A stretch of DNA of 64,000 nucleotides from Ignavibacteriota bacterium. Its GTDB lineage: Bacteria; Bacteroidota; Ignavibacteria; UBA10030; UBA6906. Location: positions 2,432,001 to 2,496,000 of the forward strand of contig CAWDEM010000008.1 in assembly GCA_963801355.1 (NCBI GenBank). The letters are read 5' to 3'. The notes below the pieces were generated by a model. It worked only from the letters and a program-made list of their open reading frames with translations. It did not search any database and had not been told where the DNA came from. Numbering within the stretch: position 1 is the stretch's first letter; every line of letters starts with the position of its first letter. Positions 1 through 7,909 of the stretch are shown piece by piece. Made by a program: the position numbers and the translations under genes.

Positions 1-1
1 C

Positions 2-913
2 TATGGAGTCGGCGCAGGCAATGTTCCGGCCTTCGTTGAGCGTACCGCCAATATCCGTAAAGCGGTCGCCGATGTCATTTCAGCAAAGCTCTTTGACTAC
101 GGCGTACTCTGCTCCACAGAATCCGCTCTTGTGTGCGACGCTCCCGTGAAGCGTGCAGTGGTCGAAGAATGCATGCGGCGGGGCGGACACTTTGTGGCCG
201 GCGACGACAAAGCACGCCTCTCCGGCCTGATGTTTGATGCCCGCGGCGCGATCAATCCCGCCATCGTCGGCAAATCGGCGGCGTTCATCGCCCAGCGCGC
301 GGGTATCACCATCCCCGCGAATATCGGAGTACTGATCGCAGAACTGGACGGAGTCGGACGGGACTATCCGCTCTCGCGCGAAAAACTGTCGCCGGTGCTC
401 GCGTTCTATACCGTCGACGGATGGCGCGAAGCCTGTCACCGCTGCATGGAACTTCTGGAATTCGGTGGTATTGGCCATTCGATGGTGATCCATTCGGCCG
501 ACCGGGAGATCATCATGAAGTTTGCCTTGGAGAAACCGGCGTTTCGCATCATGGTGAACACCCAGGGGGCGCTGGGCGCCGCGGGATACACTACCGGACT
601 GGATCCTTCGCTGACCCTCGGCCCCGGCACATTGGGCGGCTCGATCGTCTCGGACAACGTCACCGCCCGGCACCTATTGAATATCAAACGCCTTGCCTTC
701 GAGACTCATCCAATAAATCCTGCGGAACCGGCGGAGCCAGGGCAACAGGCAGGGTGGATTGACAATGCCGAACGCCGCCTTGCCTCGCCGGCTGTCAGCC
801 CGCCACAGGGAACCACGGGTCATGCAGCGGCGGCGAACCGCCGATACGGGACAGGTCTGAGCGAGATGGACCTGGATGCACTCATCGCCCGTTTTCGCAA
901 GGAGATCAGCTGA
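2..913 (+). CDS. Acylating aldehyde dehydrogenase (EutE/PduP-like), 5'-truncated by the window edge
   Basis: Frame is open from position 2 (YGVGAGNVPAFVERTA...KLFDYGVLCSTES, containing the catalytic Cys). Also EKLSPVL, GHSMVIHS and SLTLGPGTLGGSIVSDNV motifs, then a Pro/Ala linker and an amphipathic C-terminal helix. Confidence 0.9.
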   Translation, partial: YGVGAGNVPAFVERTANIRKAVADVISAKLFDYGVLCSTESALVCDAPVKRAVVEECMRRGGHFVAGDDKARLSGLMFDARGAINPAIVGKSAAFIAQRAGITIPANIGVLIAELDGVGRDYPLSREKLSPVLAFYTVDGWREACHRCMELLEFGGIGHSMVIHSADREIIMKFALEKPAFRIMVNTQGALGAAGYTTGLDPSLTLGPGTLGGSIVSDNVTARHLLNIKRLAFETHPINPAEPAEPGQQAGWIDNAERRLASPAVSPPQGTTGHAAAANRRYGTGLSEMDLDALIARFRKEIS

Positions 914-1014
914 CCCGGACAGCAAAGAATTTTCATCTCATGTTCAATCGCACCACAACAGTACGCAATCAACACAGAGTCATCGTAACATCCATCCACA
1001 ATCAGGAGTCATCA

Positions 1015-2457
1015 ATGCAAACAAGAACTATGTTCGTAGTCCTTCTTGTGTTGGGGATAGTGGCGTCATGCACCGCCGTGGCGCAATTGCGCGATCAGGG
1101 CATGAGCACGGGGCTGAGTGGAGGTGTCGCCCAGGGTATCACTGATATCACCAAAAACTCCCCCAAGGTCCTTGCCCGGTGGTTCGTCCGCGCCCCATTT
1201 ACTACTGGGCTGTCCGGAGAAATCGGATTGGGCCTGGGAAATGTCGGTGGCGACGAATACAGAACCGAGATCGTCCCCGTGGACTTCCGCTTTGTCGCAA
1301 GCCCGTTTGCGTTCACCGGGGTGAACCCGTTCCTGTATGCCGGAGCCGGTGGCGTATACTATACCGTGAAGGACAAGCCGGCGAACCCAACATCCACAAA
1401 GCTCGACGGCTGGTCTGCATTGGTTCCCTTGGGCATCGGGCTGCAATTTAAGCTCGCCGAAGGATTCGCTTTTGAGGTGAGCGGTGGATACAACATGACG
1501 TTTGGCAAGAATCTCAATGCGATCCTCGAAACGAAGAATGACAATTACATCAGCGGGCTCGCCGGCATCACCCTCTACGGCGAGAGCCCGAATGCCGATC
1601 CCGACGCCGACGGACTCACGAATGCCGAGGAGAAGCAGCTCGGCACGAACTCAAAGGTGGCGGACAGCGACGGCGACGGACTCAAGGACGGCGAGGAAGT
1701 CCTCAAGTACAAAACCGCACCGTTGAAGGCCGATAGCGATGGAGACGGACTGAAGGACGGCGAGGAAGTCTTGACCGACAAGACCGACCCGAACAAAGCC
1801 GACACGGACGGCGACGGCCTGAACGATGGTGAAGAGATCTCGAAATACAGGACCGACCCTCTGAAGGCCGACACAGACGGTGATGGCCTGAAGGACGGTG
1901 AAGAGGTCATGAAGTACAAGACCGATCCTCTGAAAGCCGACACAGACGGTGATGGCCTGAAGGACGGCGAAGAGGTCATGAAGTACAAGACCGATCCTCT
2001 GAAGCCCGATACGGACGGCGGCACGGTGCTCGATGGCGCAGAAATCGTGCGTGGTTCGAATCCATTGGATCCCACGGATGATGTGCCCAAGAAGGAAGAG
2101 CTCAAGGTAGAGGCGGGCAAAGCCATTATCCTGGAGGGCGTGCAGTTCGAGACCGGAAAAGCAGCGATAACTCCTTCATCGGAGGCCGTTCTTGAAATCG
2201 TGCTGAACACGCTTGCCCAGAACCCCGATATCGCCGTTGAGATCCGCGGCTACACCGACAACGTCGGTAAGAAAGCAAGCAATCTGAAGCTGTCACAGGG
2301 ACGGGCCGATGCGGTGCGCGAGTGGCTCGTCGCCAAGGGCATCGCTCCAGAACGCATCACGGCCAAAGGTTACGGCCAGGACAACCCGATTTCACCCAAC
2401 ACCACGAAAGAAGGAAAAGCGAAGAACCGGCGCATCGAGTTCTTCCGGACGAAGTAA
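1015..2457 (+). CDS. OmpA-family outer membrane protein: signal peptide, beta-barrel, Asp-rich repeats, OmpA C-terminal peptidoglycan-binding domain
   Basis: AGGAG RBS before ATG 1015; hydrophobic N-terminus; GYTDNVG...NLKLSQGRA...GYGQDNP...NRRIEF OmpA signature. Confidence 0.9.
   Translation: MQTRTMFVVLLVLGIVASCTAVAQLRDQGMSTGLSGGVAQGITDITKNSPKVLARWFVRAPFTTGLSGEIGLGLGNVGGDEYRTEIVPVDFRFVASPFAFTGVNPFLYAGAGGVYYTVKDKPANPTSTKLDGWSALVPLGIGLQFKLAEGFAFEVSGGYNMTFGKNLNAILETKNDNYISGLAGITLYGESPNADPDADGLTNAEEKQLGTNSKVADSDGDGLKDGEEVLKYKTAPLKADSDGDGLKDGEEVLTDKTDPNKADTDGDGLNDGEEISKYRTDPLKADTDGDGLKDGEEVMKYKTDPLKADTDGDGLKDGEEVMKYKTDPLKPDTDGGTVLDGAEIVRGSNPLDPTDDVPKKEELKVEAGKAIILEGVQFETGKAAITPSSEAVLEIVLNTLAQNPDIAVEIRGYTDNVGKKASNLKLSQGRADAVREWLVAKGIAPERITAKGYGQDNPISPNTTKEGKAKNRRIEFFRTK
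1594..2082 (+). repeat. About 7 tandem 69-bp (23-aa) repeats, [23 protein letters not shown] (thrombospondin type 3-like Ca-binding repeats)
   Basis: Visible in both protein and DNA; the units at about 1852-2010 are nearly identical in nucleotide sequence. Confidence 0.9.
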
Positions 2458-2468
2458 CCACCTTTTCG

Positions 2469-2514
2469 CCGGTGTGCGCCCATCATCATCCGGGCGCACA
2501 CCGGTGTGATTTTT
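2469..2514 (+). terminator. Stem-loop after the ompA-like gene (terminator or mRNA-stabilising hairpin)
   Basis: ccggtgtgcgccc / gggcgcacaccgg 13-bp inverted repeat followed by tgtgattttt. Confidence 0.6.
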
Positions 2515-2534
2515 CTCCCAGAAGGAGTACACTT

Positions 2535-2939
2535 ATGTCCATGATCCAAGAATTCAAAGCCTTTGCCATGAAGGGTAACGTCGTCGATATGGCGGTCGGT
2601 ATCATCATCGGCACGGCATTCGGGAAGATCGTCACTTCGCTGGTCAATGATGTCATCATGCCTCCTATCGGATTGCTGTTGGGTGGAGCTGATTTCAGCA
2701 ACCTCAGCATCCCTCTTCGGGACGCTGCAGAAGGAGTTTCCGCGGTGGTGTTGAAATACGGGGTCTTCATCAACACGATCATCGATTTTGTCATCGTCGC
2801 CCTGGCGATTTTCCTGCTCGTGCGCGCCATGAATTCCCTCCGCAAGAAGAAGGAGGAAGCCCCTGCCGCACCGCCGGCACCCACAAAACAGGAAGTGCTG
2901 CTTGGTGAAATCCGGGATCTTCTTAAGGCGGGAAGATAA
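2535..2939 (+). CDS. mscL: Large-conductance mechanosensitive channel
   Basis: [26 protein letters not shown]...LLGEIRDLL; AAGGAG RBS before 2535. Confidence 0.97.
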   Translation: MSMIQEFKAFAMKGNVVDMAVGIIIGTAFGKIVTSLVNDVIMPPIGLLLGGADFSNLSIPLRDAAEGVSAVVLKYGVFINTIIDFVIVALAIFLLVRAMNSLRKKKEEAPAAPPAPTKQEVLLGEIRDLLKAGR

Positions 2940-3000
2940 GTATATGGGTGTTGCGGGGCAACCCTGTGGTGTCACTCACGGTTTCATGAAGGAGAGGAAG

Positions 3001-3867
3001 ATGCGTTCTTTCACCGTCTTGCTTGGTGCAATGTGTGTTCTCACGATAGGCATGCAGGGGACGCTGACTGCACAGCAGGATACTGTAAAAGCGCCCGAAT
3101 ACGGCTGGAAGCACACCAGCGTCGGCACAGTGACCCTGTCACAGGTCGCGTTCACCGACTGGACCCAGGGAGGGGAGAATGCCCTCGCATGGGCCCTCGG
3201 TCTGGAGGGGAAGTCAGTCCAGGAACAGGAACGGACGAACTGGTCGAATAGCTATAAATTCGGGTTCGGGCAAACCCGGCTCGGCGATCAGGGGATACGC
3301 AAGACCGATGACCGGATCGATCTTGAGTCAATGCTCACGTACAAGCTGGCCGAAAAGGTGAATCCATATGCCGCCGCCACGCTCAAGACACAGTTCGCCA
3401 AAGGGTTCAAATACGACGGCGCCGGCAACGGAACAGCGGTCTCCCAGTTCTTTGATCCTGCATATCTGACGCAGAGCGTGGGGGCGGTGTACCAACCGAT
3501 TCCCGAACTCAAAACCCGGTTCGGCGTCGGTCTCCGCGAGATTCTCACATCCAACTTTCCGGGCTATGCCGACGACCTCGAGACCCTGGAAATTGAAAAG
3601 ACCCGCGTAAACGGCGGCCTTGAGTCTGTGACAGAGCTGGCCTGGAAGATCGATGAGAATGTCACATTCGGATCAAAGCTGGAAATGTTCAGCACGTTCA
3701 AGAAATTGGATGAGGTGATCGTCCGGAGCGACAACACGCTGGCGGCAAAAGTCAGCAGCTTCATTACGGTGTTGCTCAATGTGCAACTTCTCAACGAACG
3801 TGCGATCAGCCCCCGCACACAGGTCAAAGAAGTGCTGGGCATTGGCCTCACATACACATTTCTCTAA
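3001..3867 (+). CDS. DUF3078-family putative outer-membrane beta-barrel protein
   Basis: Signal peptide; LSQVAFTDWTQGGEN, RKTDDRI and TQFAKG motifs; C-terminal GLTYTF; GGAG RBS. Confidence 0.8.
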   Translation: MRSFTVLLGAMCVLTIGMQGTLTAQQDTVKAPEYGWKHTSVGTVTLSQVAFTDWTQGGENALAWALGLEGKSVQEQERTNWSNSYKFGFGQTRLGDQGIRKTDDRIDLESMLTYKLAEKVNPYAAATLKTQFAKGFKYDGAGNGTAVSQFFDPAYLTQSVGAVYQPIPELKTRFGVGLREILTSNFPGYADDLETLEIEKTRVNGGLESVTELAWKIDENVTFGSKLEMFSTFKKLDEVIVRSDNTLAAKVSSFITVLLNVQLLNERAISPRTQVKEVLGIGLTYTFL

Positions 3868-3977
3868 GCCGGGGAGGAGCTCATTCCCTTCCCCCCTTTC
3901 TGACCTTCTCCTCCACCCTTGCCTCTTCTCTTTCAACGGGAAGGGGCAGGTGTGATTGGAGTCGATCGGCACACATC

Positions 3978-4580
3978 ATGCCCGGTCATAAGCTCTCCCG
4001 CTCGTTCTACCTCCAACCGACACTCGAAGTCGCCCGGAAGCTTCTCGGGATGTATCTGGTCCGCAACACCGCCGGGAGCCGGCTGGCAGGGCGTATCGTC
4101 GAAGTTGAAGCATATCTTGGGGAGCTGGACCCTGCGAGTCACGCCTACCGCGGCCGCACCGCACGCAACGACGTCATGTTTTCCCGGGGCGGCCACCTCT
4201 ATGTCTACTTCACATACGGCATGCATTTCTGCAGCAACGTGGTAACGGAAAAAGCGGGCATCGGCCGCGCTGTGCTCCTGCGTGCCCTGGAGCCGGTAGA
4301 GGGGATCCCTCTGCTTGCGCGACGACGCGGAAAGGATCCTGCGGACCCCGAACAACTGTGCAATGGTCCGGCGAAGCTCTGCCAGGCATTCAGCATCGGA
4401 CGGGAGCAGAACGGCACTGACCTCTGCGGAAGCGATATCTGGATCGAGCGAAGGGATTCACCGCTCCGGATCGCCCAGATCGGCACGTCATCGCGTGTAG
4501 GAATCTCGGCAGGAAGAAAGCAGAAGTGGCGGTTCTTCGTGAAGGGGAACCGGTTTGTGTCGAAGGGACGGCCCGGGTGA
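3978..4580 (+). CDS. mpg: DNA-3-methyladenine glycosylase (MPG/AAG family)
   Basis: RIVEVEAY, DPASH, YVYFTYGMH, AVLLRALEP and NGPAKLC motifs. Confidence 0.95.
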   Translation: MPGHKLSRSFYLQPTLEVARKLLGMYLVRNTAGSRLAGRIVEVEAYLGELDPASHAYRGRTARNDVMFSRGGHLYVYFTYGMHFCSNVVTEKAGIGRAVLLRALEPVEGIPLLARRRGKDPADPEQLCNGPAKLCQAFSIGREQNGTDLCGSDIWIERRDSPLRIAQIGTSSRVGISAGRKQKWRFFVKGNRFVSKGRPG

Positions 4581-4582
4581 AG

Positions 4583-4712
4583 ACGGGCGATAGGCACGAG
4601 GCGATCGGCAGGAGCCGATAGGCACGAGGTGATGGGCACGAGGCAATAGGGAGGAGACGCTTCCCTCCTATTGCCCAACGCCTGGTGCCTCGTGCCGTCG
4701 CTTGTTGTCTAC
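4583..4712. repeat. Degenerate heptamer-repeat palindrome between convergent genes (copy 1)
   Basis: taggcac gaggcga tcggcag gagccga taggcac gaggtga tgggcac gaggcaa tagggag, then inverted units ctattgcc...ctcgtgcc. Confidence 0.8.
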
Positions 4713-4720
4713 GGCCTCAA

Positions 4721-7450
4721 CTACTTCAACAACAGCAACTTCTTGCTTTCCGTAAAACTCCCCGCTCCGCTCTTGGAGTCACGCCCGACGGCGGAGTCCA
4801 GAGGGCGGACTTGCAGCCGGTAGAAGTACGTGCCGGTTGCCATGCCCAACGCATTCCACTCCACCTGGTATCTCCCCGCCACGACATCTTCATTCATGAG
4901 CTCGGTTACCTGCCGGCCCAGCAGATCATAGACCGTCAGGGAAACTCTGCTTCTCTCAGGAATCGAGAATCTAATTGTTGTGGACGGATTGAACGGATTC
5001 GGATAGTTCTGCAGCAATTCATAGCGCGACGCCACGCCTTCAGCCGATTCGACAGAAGATACTCCGGAGCCACTCGTCACGATCGCGCGGATCCGGAGAT
5101 TGTTCGGCGTAATTGCCACCCACGCCGACCCGTCATACAGAAAGCTCCGGTTTGAAGCAACTGTTCCCGCATCCTGGCGCACCCTCACCGTATCTCCGGT
5201 TCCCGGGATGGACGCGACTATGAAGTAGTCGGTCCCCGACGTCACCGGAACATTGGCACTCATAAGCTGCGTGTAGTTGTACGTTTCACGGCAGAGCATA
5301 CCCAAAGGAACCAGCACGCTGTTCCCGATCTTCGTCCCCGGCATGCCGCCGCTGTTAGTATAGATCTCGTACTGCATGTTGCCTGTGCCAACGATCCCGT
5401 CGCTGTTCCGCGTCACATTCATCTGGACACCTGTCAGCCTACCGTTGACATCCGGTGTGAACCTCACGGCATACTTGGTGGAACCGGCGAGCGTCCGGGT
5501 TTGACTTGTACCGGCAACGTCGTAGGCGAAGGTTTTTCGCACGACGGTGGCGGCACCGTTGTAACTCTTCGCCACCGCCTCAACAATGTCCAGCTTTCCA
5601 TAACCCCACGTGTAGTTCGGGAGGCCGGATGCAAACGCATCACCGTTCGCGGTTGATGTGATCAGAGTCTTGATTTGCGCCGCAGTCAGCGATGGCTTTG
5701 CCCCCAGCAGCAACGCACAGGCACCGGTCACATGTGGGGCTGACATGCTTGTGCCCGACAGGATCTGGTGTTTCTGCCCGGGGTGGATAACACTGGCCGC
5801 GCCTGTCGTGTCCACGAAACTCGAGAGGGCAGACGAAATCCCCTGCCCGGGGGCGGCAATATCCGGTTTGAGCCGGCCATCTCTGGTGGGCCCGATAGAG
5901 CTCCATGCCGAGATGTTCCCGGTTCGGTCAGTGCCAGCATAAAAATAGGTCTGCCCTGTGTAGACCGGCCAGCCCCACTTCGTCGCATAAGCACCTACGG
6001 TAATCGCCCCATCAGATGTGCCGGGCATATCGAGGGTCTTGTCATATCCTCCGCCCGTCAATGTGACGGAAGCGTTTCCCACGGTCTTTGTAACCAGCCA
6101 GGCGTCATAGGTCACCTGCCCGCCGCTTGTATTTGTGATGGCCAGCGTCCACGTACCGGTCTTGGGCACATTCGTGGTTGCGTCATGTACCCAGAGGTAG
6201 ACTTCCCGATCGGAATTCAAGCTGCTTGTGATATTCTGGAGCGTGATGGTCCCATCGGTGTTGACCGGACCGTCACCGAACTCTCCGGCATTGCGCGTGT
6301 ATGTGATGCCTGTTGGTGACGTAACCATTGCCGAGACAGTCGGATTGCCCGAAAACCATGCTTCAAAAGAAAACGCGTCGTTGTCTGTGCTTGCAGTCGG
6401 TGTATATGTTGGCACCGTGAACGTAATCGTCGCCATCCCGGCGGCTGCAATTGTCCCCGCAATGTGCATCGGTTGGTCCCCTTTGTTGCCGGCAGAAACC
6501 ACAACAACGCGGCCGGGCGTACCGACAAATGTGTCCATCGCCACCTCGTACGCGCGGGTTCCGTCACGGGGTCCTGACTGTCCGCCGATGCTGTAGTTGA
6601 TCACAACAGGCTTGCCGAGAGCGACGGCCTTCGCCTGTGCATAGGTCAGTCCATCGATCATATTTGTCTCGGAGAAGGAGTTGTCCCCCCCTTTCACAAC
6701 GATAATATCTGCCATGGGGGCCATGCCGGCGTACTTGCCTCCAAAGGTGCCGCCATTGCCAGCGGCCGTTCCTGCCACGTGCGTGCCATGGCCATTCGTA
6801 TCTTTTTCACGCACGATGCCCGCCGGTGATCCGTCAATTTCGTTGTCAATCTGGGCCTTCGTGTATTCCACGCCGTACGCGAAACCGGAGGGTGAAGTCT
6901 CTCCCCCAGTGGGGGTCAACGTTTGATCCCAGATGAAAAGAATGCGGGTCTTCGTGCTGTCACCGGGCATGCAGAAATCCTTGTGCTTCCAGTCTATGCC
7001 GGTGTCAAAGACGACCACGATCGCACCCTGCCCCTTGTAGGGAGTTGAGTTGACCAAACCGCCATGGAGCAGGGATGCCCCGGTCTCGGGAATGCTGACA
7101 TCGTTTACCGGATAATTCACGCTGCCCGGATCCAGATAGTGCACTTCGGGCATACCGGCAAGCTGTTCGATGTCGCGGGGCGTGATCTGCGCTGTCACAA
7201 ATTTCGGAAAAGCGCTGTTCACATGAATACCGGCGGCACGTATGGCATCGGGGTTTGCCGTGTAGATGATGGCATCATAGGGACTGCCGACCCGGGAGGC
7301 ACCCTCCAGGTGCGGCTGGCCGGTGAGTGCTTGCTGGAAAAAAGGGTGGAGCTTTTGGGCGGCCGGTCCCCCCGGTGCACCCGCCAGGAGAATTGCCGCA
7401 CCGCAGGTGAGGAGAAACCCACCCACCAGCAACCGTCGCAAAGCGCTCAT
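4721..7450 (-). CDS. S8 (subtilisin-like) serine peptidase with signal peptide, propeptide, inserted beta domain and T9SS type A C-terminal sorting domain
   Basis: Catalytic motifs FDTGID, GHGTHVAG and SGTSMSAPHV; C-terminal QNYPNPFNP...VYDLLGR...GTYFY...KKLLLLK. Confidence 0.95.
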   Translation of the reverse strand: MSALRRLLVGGFLLTCGAAILLAGAPGGPAAQKLHPFFQQALTGQPHLEGASRVGSPYDAIIYTANPDAIRAAGIHVNSAFPKFVTAQITPRDIEQLAGMPEVHYLDPGSVNYPVNDVSIPETGASLLHGGLVNSTPYKGQGAIVVVFDTGIDWKHKDFCMPGDSTKTRILFIWDQTLTPTGGETSPSGFAYGVEYTKAQIDNEIDGSPAGIVREKDTNGHGTHVAGTAAGNGGTFGGKYAGMAPMADIIVVKGGDNSFSETNMIDGLTYAQAKAVALGKPVVINYSIGGQSGPRDGTRAYEVAMDTFVGTPGRVVVVSAGNKGDQPMHIAGTIAAAGMATITFTVPTYTPTASTDNDAFSFEAWFSGNPTVSAMVTSPTGITYTRNAGEFGDGPVNTDGTITLQNITSSLNSDREVYLWVHDATTNVPKTGTWTLAITNTSGGQVTYDAWLVTKTVGNASVTLTGGGYDKTLDMPGTSDGAITVGAYATKWGWPVYTGQTYFYAGTDRTGNISAWSSIGPTRDGRLKPDIAAPGQGISSALSSFVDTTGAASVIHPGQKHQILSGTSMSAPHVTGACALLLGAKPSLTAAQIKTLITSTANGDAFASGLPNYTWGYGKLDIVEAVAKSYNGAATVVRKTFAYDVAGTSQTRTLAGSTKYAVRFTPDVNGRLTGVQMNVTRNSDGIVGTGNMQYEIYTNSGGMPGTKIGNSVLVPLGMLCRETYNYTQLMSANVPVTSGTDYFIVASIPGTGDTVRVRQDAGTVASNRSFLYDGSAWVAITPNNLRIRAIVTSGSGVSSVESAEGVASRYELLQNYPNPFNPSTTIRFSIPERSRVSLTVYDLLGRQVTELMNEDVVAGRYQVEWNALGMATGTYFYRLQVRPLDSAVGRDSKSGAGSFTESKKLLLLK

Positions 7451-7482
7451 GTGTGTAGCCTTTCAGAATGTATGGGAAGATG

Positions 7483-7840
7483 TCATTTGTGAAGTTGATT
7501 CTTGCTGCCCTCATCTACGGAGCGGACTGAGGGAAGAGCGAGGAGCGCACGGAGCTGGTCTTTTGAAACGCGGGCTGTAATGACATCACCGAACGCGCTC
7601 TGCACTTTGACCCCTTGAGCCCGGATTTCATCGGGACTGTCCGAGCGGATGATCACGCCATATTCCTTTGTCCCGTCAGCTCCCACCGTGACGTCATACA
7701 ATGCGTCGGGCACTGACTGTTCGGTCAACAGTGCCAGAAGACCGGGTGTGAGTTTTGCCTTTCTCTGCAGAACTCAATTCACGGGATCCGCAGCAGGAGG
7801 TGGCAAACACCAGGAGAAGAATTGCGGGATATCGCAGCAT
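7483..7840 (-). pseudogene. Lipoprotein consisting of a stand-alone S8 propeptide-like domain (putative inhibitor/chaperone), apparent +1 frameshift at about 7760-7762
   Basis: GGAGG RBS then ATG 7840 encodes MLRYPAILLLVFATSC (lipobox-like). Removing one A from GAGAAAGGCAAAA joins it to ORF 7483..7728, giving 118 aa that align with the neighbouring protease propeptide. Confidence 0.75.
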
Positions 7841-7909
7841 GTGGCCCTCCGGAAGAAGTTCGTGGTCATAGAATACTGAATCCTTCTGCCAGACACAAGG
7901 TCCCGGGGA

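Noticed and set aside
4583-4712. Heptamer arrays as a MITE/IS remnant or CRISPR
   Set aside because: No shared terminal inverted repeats or target duplications between the two copies, no unique spacers and no transposase.
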